The notes under the pieces were generated by a model. The model was not told the origin of the DNA. It did not search any database and saw only the letters and a list, made by a program, of their open reading frames with translations. A stretch of DNA of 20,000 nucleotides from Malassezia furfur (taxonomy: Eukaryota): the NCBI GenBank assembly GCA_052055015.1, contig JBQJIT010000007.1; one strand, written 5' to 3'. The position numbers were made by a program, and so were the translations under genes. Each line of letters begins with the position of its first letter. Positions within the stretch are counted from its first letter, which is position 1. Positions 1 through 8,934 of this stretch are shown piece after piece.

Positions 1-1297
1 ATGCGGAAGTCGCCCATGTAACTCAGCGATGCCATTTTGGTGTACAGCTCTCGCTCACTGAAGCGCTCGGGCAGCAGCAGAAACGACACACGCAGAGCAG
101 ACGCCAAGTTGGCCTGTTCCGCGAGCGGCACACGACCTTCTGTGGAGTCAAACAGAGTCGCGACCGGTTTCTGCATACGCCCGCTCAGGTACAGGCTGTC
201 CCACTGGAGGAGATCCTTGCACATCCGATCCACAGACACGACACCGTACTTAACAATCTGCGTGAGGCCTTGCAACATACCTTGTCTTCCACCTTCACAT
301 AGGGGATGTACCACACACCGGCCCCCATGTTTTGCACCCGCCGAAGCACCCACCACGGCGCCACACGTACCCACCATGGATAGTGCGAGGGGTTGTTGAT
401 TATATTCCGGCTGTGCCAATGCACAGGATTCTGCACAGAAATGACCATGTCGATCATGGGCGGCGTTCCGTTCGGCTGACGCTTGGCCGTCGCGGTCTGG
501 CTGAACACACCCGAACCATAGGCAAATGCATGCAAAAATTGCGGTAGATTCATCAAGTTGAGCAAGTGCAAAAGCTTTTGGCGGTGGTGTGCCTCGGATT
601 TGGTGAGGCGATCAATGTGAGGCACCGTCGTCGGCAGAACAAACGATGCGGGGTATCGATTGAAGCCCCGCCTCCGAGCTGCAGCATCATTCTCTTGGTC
701 TGCTTCGCGCTCCGCCAGCGCATCCTCGCGGAAATCGTCGCGCATTTTGTCTTGGTCACTTTCGCCGCTCTTCTCGTAGTCGGCAGGGTTGTATCCACGC
801 TTCTCAGCTGCGGCCAGGTCTTTTGCATCGGCTTCGTATTCAGCGGCTGCATCCTGTTGAAAGTCTTTGCGAACAGCCTCCTCACTGGGACGCTTCTTGT
901 AGTCATCTGGTTTGTACCCTCGTCGTTCCGCGGCGTCGACGTTCTGTGCATCGGCCACGCGCTCCGCCGAAGCTTCCTCACGGAAGGTTAGTCGCTCGTT
1001 GAGCTCGTCGCCGTCCTGAGAATTGTACTTGGAGGGATCAAACCCCCGTTTCTCGGCCTCCTTTTCGTCCTTGGCATCGGCCTCACGCTCGGCCAAGCCG
1101 TCCTCGCGGAACTGCTGCCGAGCGTGTCCGGACTTATTCGGCAGCACGGATGAGGAGGTCAGCAGTCGGTGCGCCGCCCAGCAAGAAGGTGCTAGGACTC
1201 GCGCATGACTTCCATGGATCCCAGGTGCTCGTGCCCAAGCATGGCTACGGGTTGCGGAGCTGACCGCCCGCATGCATTGCACTGTTGCCCACGTCAT
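1..1297 (-). CDS. TAM41: Mitochondrial phosphatidate cytidylyltransferase Tam41/Mmp37; exons 1297-281 and 257-<1; 3' end off-window
   Basis: Motifs AFAYGSGVFSQ, MIDM..V.NP..WHS.N...NPSHY and GAGVWY. After removing intron 258-280 the frame reads IVKYGVVS..DLLQWDSLYLSGRMQKPV..ANLASALR..LSYMGDFRM. The start is probably ACC-ATG at 1297 (or ATG 1273); ATG 1354 lies only about 15 nt from the upstream gene's stop. Confidence 0.93.
258..280 (-). other. 23-nt GT-AG intron (TAM41)
   Basis: GTATGTtgcaaggcCTCACgCAG. Removal joins VKVEDK to IVKYGVV, the conserved Tam41 KYGV motif. Confidence 0.9.
650..1111 (-). repeat. Four ~41-43-aa protein-level tandem repeats within the Tam41 N-terminal extension
   Basis: FREDGLAEREADAKDEKEAEKRGFDPSKY / FREEASAERVADAQNVDAAERRGYKPDDY / FQQDAAAEYEADAKDLAAAEKRGYNPADY / FREDALAEREADQENDAAARRRGFNRY, starting at 1111, 985, 862 and 733. 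Confidence 0.9.
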
Positions 1298-1368
1298 GGT
1301 ATTCCCGGTACAGTTCGGTCCGCTAAGTGGAGGTGGGGACTTCCGGGTATGCACTATGTGGAGAAAAA

Positions 1369-3034
1369 TTACGCGGTCTTGGCACCGCGGCTCGCCAGGC
1401 GTTCGTCGAGCACGCCCTGGTTTTGCAGATGGGCCATGAACCCGCCCACTAGGTGCAGACTGCCTGCCACAAAGACGTTTGGAGTATTGTGCAAATCTTT
1501 GACGGCGCGCATGACATGCTCAATGCTCGGCATCACTTGCAAAACCGACGACTCACCGATGCTCACCGACAATTGACCAGCTGCCGGCTCAGGAAGCTGC
1601 AACAATGAGCACCAGGCGCGAAGTAGCTCCTGCTGTAGCTTCATGCTTTCCAAGTCTTTGCTGTCCACGGCGCGCGATACCAAGTCTGGGTCAGTTTCCT
1701 TACGTACCGCTTGCAGAGCCACCGTCCGCAAAAGTATTGTTGGTGCAGAAGTAGACACGCGAAAAGAAGGTAGCGGTGTCGACTTTGGCAACTCTGTGCT
1801 CCAGTTCCTTGATCAGTGCACCCAACAACGTGGCGCCGGACCGCATATTGGTGCAGTTAAACACAAGCACGCGCTTCTCCGGCGCGTCGAGCACCTGATC
1901 GAGGTACCATCGCACACAGAACTGAATACTTTCGATCGTATGCGCACCGTCGAGAAAGTATGTCGCACCGGCGGTTTCGGACGCTGGTACCACTTGACAG
2001 CGGCCGGGCCAGAAGGCCGTCTCAAGTGCCTTGATCGCCTTGTTCGACAGCTGGCTGTCGTTGGTCTGCAACGCTTCGACTGCGCCCGGCACCACAGTTT
2101 TCCCAGCCTCCGATTCGGCAAAGGCACGGACTAATGCGAGGGCAAGGCTTGCATTGGTGCGCTGGTGTATGCCAGGCAGACCAAGCGCGACCGACTTTAA
2201 GCACGCAAGTTCGGGGACAACCTCAAATTTCGACACACACACTTTCTCGGCATACGCACGCATGGCAGCCAACGCATTCTCCGGTTGTTCGGTGGTCAGG
2301 GCCGGCACACCGCTTTTGAAAATACCGGCCTTTTGTACGGCGATCTCTTCGATGGTATTACCGAGAATGGCGGTATGATCCAGTCCCAAAGGCGTCACAC
2401 CCGTCACTACAGGGTGGCGCACGATATTGGTGGAGTCGTACATTCCGCCAATCCCCACCTCGAGCAGTGTCGCAGCAACACGCTCGGTAATGAAGACGTG
2501 GAATGCCAGCAGGGTCATGAAACGAAAGTAGACAGGCCGGAGTGGGGTCACCTCAAGCTTGCGCTTGGAGTTGCTCTCCAAGCGGTCCCAGACCTCCCAG
2601 AAATAACGAGCAAAGTCGTCTTCTGACAGTGGCACACCATCGATGCGGATGCGCTCGCGCGCGGCGACCATGTGAGGCGAGGTATACAGGCCGATCTTGT
2701 GTTTCTCGTTTGTGCGGAACTCGCGAAGGAGCGAATCACAAAAGGAACCAGTGGATCCTTTTCCCTTCGTGCCGGTGATGTGCACGACGTTGATCTGGTC
2801 GAGCTCATTGCGGTGGTGGCCGATGCGCTCCAAGTACTCGGTCATCTCTGGCTCATTGAGCTCATTTACCGTCTTTCCGCTCTTGCGTATCGCTTCAATT
2901 GTTGCTGCATTCGACTGAAGCGAGTTGAGCGCGTCAACTGCTTCTGCATAGCCACGGCGTGCGCTGCTCATGGATGCGTATCCCCTGCGAAGCCACAGCA
3001 CTCCACACCTGGCCCAAGCTGCGCCGATGCGCAT
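1369..3034 (-). CDS. MET7: Folylpolyglutamate synthase (Met7/FPGS-like); exons 3034-1708 and 1685-1369; possible second start at 2971
   Basis: LNSLQSN, HITGTKGKGST P-loop, GLYTSPH, RERIRIDG, LEVGIGGMYDSTN, LGLDH, WPGRCQ, DGAHT and C-terminal GSLHLVGG. The spliced junction reads FCTNNTFADGGSASDLVS. Confidence 0.93.
1686..1707 (-). other. 22-nt GT-AG intron (FPGS)
   Basis: GTACGTaaggaaaCTGACcCAG. Removal joins the 1700-3034 frame to the 1369-1791 frame (G|AC = Asp). Confidence 0.9.
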
Positions 3035-3071
3035 GGCACGCCGGCGGTGGACCCTGCGTTTGGACCAAATG

Positions 3072-3130
3072 ATGACTCATCCCACGTGGTCTCGGCCGGG
3101 TCACTATCTAGTTTTACACAGTGCACGTGA
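3072..3130. promoter_or_regulatory. Candidate Gcn4/CpcA-type site (ATGACTCAT, 3072-3080) and two CACGTG E-boxes (3083-3088, 3124-3129) in the divergent FPGS/RPL6 promoter
   Basis: Exact consensus matches in intergenic DNA; function not demonstrated. Confidence 0.45.
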
Positions 3131-3245
3131 TATCATGGATGGGGGTCGCCGCCAGTTCTTCGGACGCGCTCAGGGAAAGCAGTGGAGCCGCTGCGGCCGA
3201 TTTCTGCTCTTAACCATCAAGGCCAACTGAGTGGATTCACTTTTG

Positions 3246-3375
3246 GTACGTGTGCAATTGCGCGAAGGCGCGCGCGATACATCCTTTGCGTGGGAACATC
3301 ATTGTTCTACGTGCTGGCTGTTTCAAAGCCCGCTTTTCGTCGCGACCTGAGAGCCCAGATACTAACACTGAACAG
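3246..3375 (+). other. Probable 130-nt 5'-UTR intron of RPL6
   Basis: Donor GTACGT at 3246, branch TACTAAC at 3360-3366, acceptor CAG ending at 3375, then CCAACC-ATG. Confidence 0.7.
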
Positions 3376-3381
3376 CCAACC

Positions 3382-4095
3382 ATGGCCCGCAACAGCACGA
3401 TTAGCCCCTACGTTGGCCGTCTCGGTCGCAGCAAGCTCTACTCGAAGAAGGGTGGTTACAAGCACGCCGAGCGCAAGCCCGTTGCCAAGGCTGCTGAGGA
3501 GCCCGCTGCCACCAAGGAGAAGACGGTTGGCGGTGCCAAGAACGCTGGCAAGCGTGTGGTGCCGACCAGCAAGGCGCAGCGCTTCTACCCGGCCGATGAC
3601 GTGCGTGCCAAGAAGGTGAACCGCAAGACGCCCAAGCCTACCAAGCTGCGCGAGAGCATCACCCCCGGTACGGTGCTGATCCTCCTTGCCGGCCGCTTCC
3701 GTGGCAAGCGCGTGGTGTTCCTGAAGCAGCTCGAGAGCGGTCTGCTGCTGGTTACGGGCCCCTTCAAGCTGAACGGTGTTCCTCTCCGCCGTGTCAACCA
3801 GGCGTACGTGATCGCCACCAGCACCAAGGTCGACCTGAGCAACGTCCAGGTTGATGCCAAGCTTGACGACGCATACTTCCGCCGCGAGAAGGCTGCGAAG
3901 ACCAAGGCGGAGGCCTCGTTCTTCGCTGACCCCGCCAACAAGGCCCCGCTGCCGGAGAACAAGGTGGCGGACCAGAAGGCGATCGACAAGGAGGTCGTTG
4001 CTTCGGTCAAGAAGCAGGGCCCGATCCTTGCCAAATACCTGGCTGCTACCTTCTCCCTCTCCAAGGGCGACAAGCCGCACGCCCTCCGCTTCTAA
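3382..4095 (+). CDS. RPL6: 60S ribosomal protein L6 (eL6)
   Basis: [63 protein letters not shown] and C-terminal [19 protein letters not shown]. Strong codon bias; ACCATGG start context. Confidence 0.97.
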   Translation: MARNSTISPYVGRLGRSKLYSKKGGYKHAERKPVAKAAEEPAATKEKTVGGAKNAGKRVVPTSKAQRFYPADDVRAKKVNRKTPKPTKLRESITPGTVLILLAGRFRGKRVVFLKQLESGLLLVTGPFKLNGVPLRRVNQAYVIATSTKVDLSNVQVDAKLDDAYFRREKAAKTKAEASFFADPANKAPLPENKVADQKAIDKEVVASVKKQGPILAKYLAATFSLSKGDKPHALRF

Positions 4096-4307
4096 GCGAG
4101 TATGCTGCAAGTGATGTCCACCTCGCGATTTGTATTTGAATCGCACGGTACGGTGCTGCACCCGCTCGGTCTGGATGCACCGCGTATGTAGTGGCGCACA
4201 CTGAGTTGCGTGAGCTGTATCTGTTTTCAAAATAGACCGGAATCGAACTGCGCTCTTTGCGCGTTTGCCCATCGCGTCTTGTAGGCTATGTTACACTGTA
4301 TGCGAGG

Positions 4308-6566
4308 CTACTGCTTGCCATGTGCTTTGTACTCTTCCGCACCCTGTCGGCTCAGCTCGCGCAGCTTGCGGGTGGTGGCGTCCGGGATACGTTGCCACTT
4401 GATGTCAGGCTGGTCGGGGAGCTGCTCCGGCTTCGGCACCGTCTTGACCAATGCCATCCCTTTGCGTTCCATAATCTCGCGCGTGCTCAGCTGTCCGGGG
4501 GCACGGGGCATACCGATTGCGGTGCCGTTTTCGCGCTCTTCCAGGAACCGAGCCAAAGCACGAGGGCGCTCGGAAAGCACATCGATGCGGTGCTCTTCAC
4601 GTTCATTGAGTTTCTCGACGTTAGGCAGCACCATGGATTGCAACGCCTGCTGTCGCTGCCGGATGTCTTGCAGGTTGCTCCGCATATGCACGGGACTCAG
4701 GTCGTGGCGAGGCGTGATGCAGTAGTCGACATGCCAAGTCAGGTCCGACAGATTGGTTTGCGGGGACCGTCCCGTTCGTACCTCCTCCAACTGTGCATCG
4801 CTCAGCGTCCCGTTAATCCCAGCAGGGTCGACAGGGCCACGCACGAGCGCATTGTTCAGATAACGGTCCATAGTCACGTCAAACTGCATGATGCGAGAGC
4901 CATCTTCGCTCTGCACCAATACATTCATCGCGCTCGCACCCGCGCGCGTCTCAAGTGTGACACCCAATGACTCGTCGGGGAAATGCTCCACGGCGGTCTC
5001 CAGGATCTTTTCAAGGAGACCCAGCGACAGTCGGTAGGCCAACTCACCCATCTGCGCACTGCCAAACAGGCGCTCACTCATCTCCTCCAGCGTGATGTAC
5101 TGGAAGCCAAACAACTGCGATGTGTTGTGGTACGCCACAAAAATGCCATCCATGTTGCCGATGCGCACCTGGAAGTTGTACTTGAGGAAGGCAGCTCGTA
5201 CCATATCCCAGTACTCACGCTCGAACGACTCCCAGAGGCCATTGGACTGCTGAATTTGGTAGCCGCTGCTCTCCGCATAGTTCGCGCGGTCATGCCGAAT
5301 GGAGACACATGCCCGCGTCTTCAAATCAAACGTGCGGTTCGGGAGTCGCTCGTCAGAACAATCGAGCTGCGACCGCATGAGGAACTGAGAGGTCTGCGCG
5401 TAATGATATGCCTCCTTCGCCTCTCGAGCGCTCTTTGGCAGCTTATGGCTGTTGATGCGCTCGTACATGGCATACTCTTTGAGCGGCACTGTCAGGTACT
5501 TCTCTAGGCTCTTGCCCAAGGACGTCAACACGTAGTTGGAATTGTCGATTTCGCCATCCGAGCCTTTGTCGGCATCGATCGCATAAAACCCGTCGGGCTG
5601 GCGCTGGAGTCGGACGGACACAGGCAGCTTGGCACCCTCGCTGAATCCCGTTGGCATGTCACAGAAACTCGGGCTAAAACCGTGCAGCTCGGGCTCTTTC
5701 CAACGGCTCAGAAGATAGTAACAGTGGCTCAACAAACCCGTCATGCTGCTGGTGCTGCCACAGAAACGCTTGCCATATTTCTTGGTGATGGCGAGCAGCT
5801 CAGGGTCTTTGCTCGATGTAAGGTAGGGAGGAAGAGCGCCGTAGTCAAACAGATCCACGTCGAGCACCTTTTGGAGCTGGCGGTCGTAATTGTAAATACC
5901 CGAATGCCGGTCACGGAGCCAATGTACACCAGGGCTGCGTTAGTTATAGACTTACTTGAACAGTACTCTGTCCAGTCCATGGGCTAGTGTAGCGACCTGC
6001 ATCTTTCGCAGCGGTGGTACGGCTGGGTCAGTCGAAAGGCACGTACTGTTGACTGACACATCGGTAGCGGCCAAACGACCTACGCGTTCGCCGTCTCTCC
6101 CTTTGCCATCTTTATACTCTTCCAGACGCACAGTTCGCGCACGATCCGCTTCTTCTCCGCGAAGAAAACTGGTAGGGCGAGGTATACGACGCGCGGACGG
6201 GCGTGGGAAGGATACCACTTTCGGTGGGGGCGGAGCCGCAGGTGCGGAGGTCGCGGAGGACGCTGGAACCACTGCCGGCGTAGGTGCGCTCTCCGCTTTC
6301 TCGTCCGACTTTGCCATCTTTTCAGACACAGCCTTCTCCTTTTTTGTCTTTTTGCTTGCTTTCGTAGCTGGCTCGGGTCTGGGCGCTTTTGATGCACGCT
6401 CACTACTCCGCTTGTTTCGCGCATTGAGCATCATATATTTGGTGTATTTTGACGCCGCTTTTTTAGGAACACAAGGGGTGCTATGAATCATCCTTGAAGA
6501 TGCATACAGCGCTCGAGGCTCGCTCGCAACTGCACGTCCGAGCCACCTGCCCCATGCTGTCGACAT
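4308..6566 (-). CDS. PET127: Mitochondrial RNA 5'-end processing exonuclease Pet127; introns 5935-5955 and probably 6023-6046
   Basis: LAHGLDRVLFN|PGVHWL, YLTSSKD, GSTSSMTGLLSHCYYLLS, FLMRSQLDC, FDLKTRAC, FEREYWDMVRAAFLKYNFQVRIGNMDGIFVAYHN. Presequence-like N-terminus from ATG 6566 (the ORF track's 6605 start is TTG). Confidence 0.93.
5935..5955 (-). other. 21-nt GT-AG intron (PET127)
   Basis: GTAAGTctataaCTAACgCAG, containing an in-frame TAA. Removal restores the conserved VLFNPGV. Confidence 0.92.
6023..6046 (-). other. Probable 24-nt in-frame, stop-free intron (PET127)
   Basis: GTACGTgcctttcgaCTGACcCAG matches the consensus of the other introns but is not required to keep the frame open. 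Confidence 0.72.
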
Positions 6567-6699
6567 TCTTCGACACCGGCGTGCAATCGGAACCAAAAAA
6601 TACAAATTAGTCAGCTGCCAGCCGTCGCACTACTGGACGAGGGTATGATGGAGGCCGAGGTAGGGTGCCTGGATTCCAGCAGCGATGGCTGAATGCATT

Positions 6700-7384
6700 T
6701 TAGAAGTCCCATAACCGCCGCCTGTATAAGCGATTGGGTTCGCGACATACCATAGGAGTGGCGGTTCCAGGAACTTGTAGCCATTGGATTCGTATTCGTT
6801 CGGCCAAATGTCGGTCAAAAAGAACACTGGGTCAGCAATTCATACGTGCCTAGCTGCCCCACAAACATGGATGCCACATCATGCAGGAACTCGGCGCTGT
6901 TACCTTGCAGTGCCCAGTTGACGGCAGTGATGATATACGGCTGGTAGGGGGCCGAAAATACGATCAGGCCAAAAAGGCCCATGCGGACGTGTCGGTTTTT
7001 GCGGCTCCAGATGTACATGAGCACATACGAGAGTCCGTCTCCGAGAAATGGCATCGAGAGGAGTGAGCTAAGGCTCAAGAGAATGAGAGAGGAAATGAGT
7101 AGCAGCCATGCATAGTCTGCGCGTCTAGACATCCCAAACGTCTCCACTTCTAGCATGTAGGAGTACCGCATGGTTACAAGCAGATTGAACAAATAGTAGC
7201 TGCTGAAAGAGCCGAAGTACATGAAGGAGGTTAGCAGCCGCCAGTATTGTCCCGCATGGAAAACCAAATGGGAGGAATAAAACAATTGGTATCGAGACAC
7301 AAATTCCAGCTTCTCAAGAGCAGAAAGTGCCAAGGCACTCACCACCCACACAGTTGTGAACGGTGGCAAGCTCTCGACATTCAT
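6700..7384 (-). CDS. DER1: Derlin (Der1-like ERAD membrane protein); exons 7384-6850, 6826-6751, 6721-6700
   Basis: LPPFT, QYWRLLTSFMYFG, RYSYMLE, ADYAWLL, YIWSRKN, APYQPY. The spliced C-terminus reads VGQLVFFLTDIWP..LEPPLLWRRLWDF*. Confidence 0.88.
6722..6750 (-). other. Probable 29-nt GT-AG intron (derlin)
   Basis: GTATGTcgcgaacccaatcgCTTATaCAG. Removal gives a derlin-like end (PLLWRRLWDF*); retention would read on to a stop at 6630. Confidence 0.7.
6827..6849 (-). other. 23-nt GC-AG intron (derlin)
   Basis: GCACGTatgaattgCTGACcCAG. Only the GC donor restores frame and gives GQLVFFLTDIWP, aligning with the derlin GHxYYFLxDVxP motif. Confidence 0.8.
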
Positions 7385-7476
7385 CGTGCACCGTGCGCCG
7401 TGGTGGCCGCAACCAAGTGTTTCCACGTGTCGCACCCCGCGGCACCACCCCTCCACATTGGTCGCTTGTCACCACG

Positions 7477-8694
7477 ATGAGTGAGGGGAAGAGCAACACG
7501 GTCGAACAGTGCCTTCCGCTTCTGCTCCAGACACCCCCAGGGCAGCTCAAGCATGTGCTGCATGACCTACAGGGAATAGTGTCTGGTGGCTCGGCCAAGT
7601 CGTCAAGCCCGAACGACTTCTTGCTAACACATGCCCAGCCGTACCTGGAGCAGCACAATCACGAGCAGCTCATGGTAGCTCCCATCGAGGTGGATGGCAA
7701 GAAGCACGATGCTATCGTGTGTCCCGAGGCAAAAGTCGATACAGGGAGGGGGGCGCGCTATTTACACCCCAAGTCGAAACACGCGTTCACCTACGATCAT
7801 GCACAGGAAACCGCAACTAATATCGAGCCGTATACGGGTGTTAGCGCACTCGAAACGCTTCGTAACGAGATCGATGAGCGCCTTGGCAAATACGTGTACA
7901 ATCACTTCCACACGGGCGTCTCGTCAGTGTTTACCCCCACGCCTTTTGCGGAAGCGGAACATCTTCCCGAGCCTCAAGAGGAGGGGCTGTCGACCATGGA
8001 GACCGAAACTGTCCAGATTGAGCCAGAGGAGAGCACTGAAGCAACAGTGCAGCCACTAGAGTCTATGGAAATACCAGAAGCTGCCAAAGAGGCTCCTAAA
8101 ATGGAGGCACCCTCGGCTGTGCCTACCGAAGAGGGAACCGAAGATGCCAAATCTGGCACTGAAACTATTACCCAGGCTACGGAGCCCCAGAGTGAAGTGA
8201 AGCCAGATGCATCGGCGAACAGTGAGCATACAGATGCTCCGGCTGCCTCTGCGCCCTCTGCTGTGACCCCCGTCGAGGATCCTGTTCATCTCACTATTCA
8301 CATTGTGGGCAACAAATACAATCTCCGCAATTTCTGGTCGGGCCGTTGGAGATCTACGTATGTTTTCGATCCACACACTGCTGCATTCGTGTCTGCCTCG
8401 ATTCGCGTCAATGCCCACTACTTTGAGAATGGAAATGTGCAGCTGAACACGGAAAACAATGACCTTCCGGTGGTGGATGTTGAAGGCGGCTCGCCGGAGA
8501 CGGTCGCGAAGGCCATCGTGGCAGCGATTGAGAAACACGAGCAAGAATATCAAACGACTTTGTTTGCCACAACGGACATGTTGCGCGATCGGGCATTCAA
8601 AGCGCTGCGTCGCACCTTACCCATTACACGGCAAAAGATCGATTGGGACAAAGCCGTGAGCTACAAACTCGGTGCCGAGCTGGCCAATCAGTAG
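7477..8694 (+). CDS. CAP1: F-actin capping protein alpha subunit with a long acidic insertion
   Basis: LLQTPPGQL..V..DL, IVGNKYNLRNFWSGRWRS, VNAHYFENGNVQL, FKALRRTLPITRQKIDWDK..SYKLG. Confidence 0.95.
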   Translation: MSEGKSNTVEQCLPLLLQTPPGQLKHVLHDLQGIVSGGSAKSSSPNDFLLTHAQPYLEQHNHEQLMVAPIEVDGKKHDAIVCPEAKVDTGRGARYLHPKSKHAFTYDHAQETATNIEPYTGVSALETLRNEIDERLGKYVYNHFHTGVSSVFTPTPFAEAEHLPEPQEEGLSTMETETVQIEPEESTEATVQPLESMEIPEAAKEAPKMEAPSAVPTEEGTEDAKSGTETITQATEPQSEVKPDASANSEHTDAPAASAPSAVTPVEDPVHLTIHIVGNKYNLRNFWSGRWRSTYVFDPHTAAFVSASIRVNAHYFENGNVQLNTENNDLPVVDVEGGSPETVAKAIVAAIEKHEQEYQTTLFATTDMLRDRAFKALRRTLPITRQKIDWDKAVSYKLGAELANQ

Positions 8695-8934
8695 CACGTG
8701 GAGCTTCTTTGTTCTAGGTGGTCCGTGCACCAACAATGAAGAGACAAGGATGATCATACGAACATATAAAACCTGCCAGCGCGGAGGGGTGCATGCATGC
8801 CGCGCGCATGCAATGTCCGAGAGCAAAGCGTGTACCAATTCTGTGGTGCCAGACATATCGCGCGCGAGCCAAGCCACGCCCACGCGGGCCAGCAGCGGCG
8901 ACCTCGGGCGTGGCCGGTGCGGTTTTTGCCGCCC

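Noticed and set aside
650..1111. Tam41 repeats as a CRISPR array or DNA satellite
   Set aside because: Similarity is at the protein level with diverged codons, there are no identical DNA repeats, and the context is eukaryotic.
3069..3230. Possible C/D snoRNA (ATGATGA at 3069, CTGA at 3227)
   Set aside because: Long for a C/D snoRNA, no convincing terminal stem or recognisable guide, and it spans a divergent promoter. An Rfam/snoscan search would settle it.
8794..8812. Inverted repeat TGCATGC-cgcgc-GCATGCA
   Set aside because: A 7-bp stem of low-complexity GCAT units, plausible by chance, with no transposon hallmarks.
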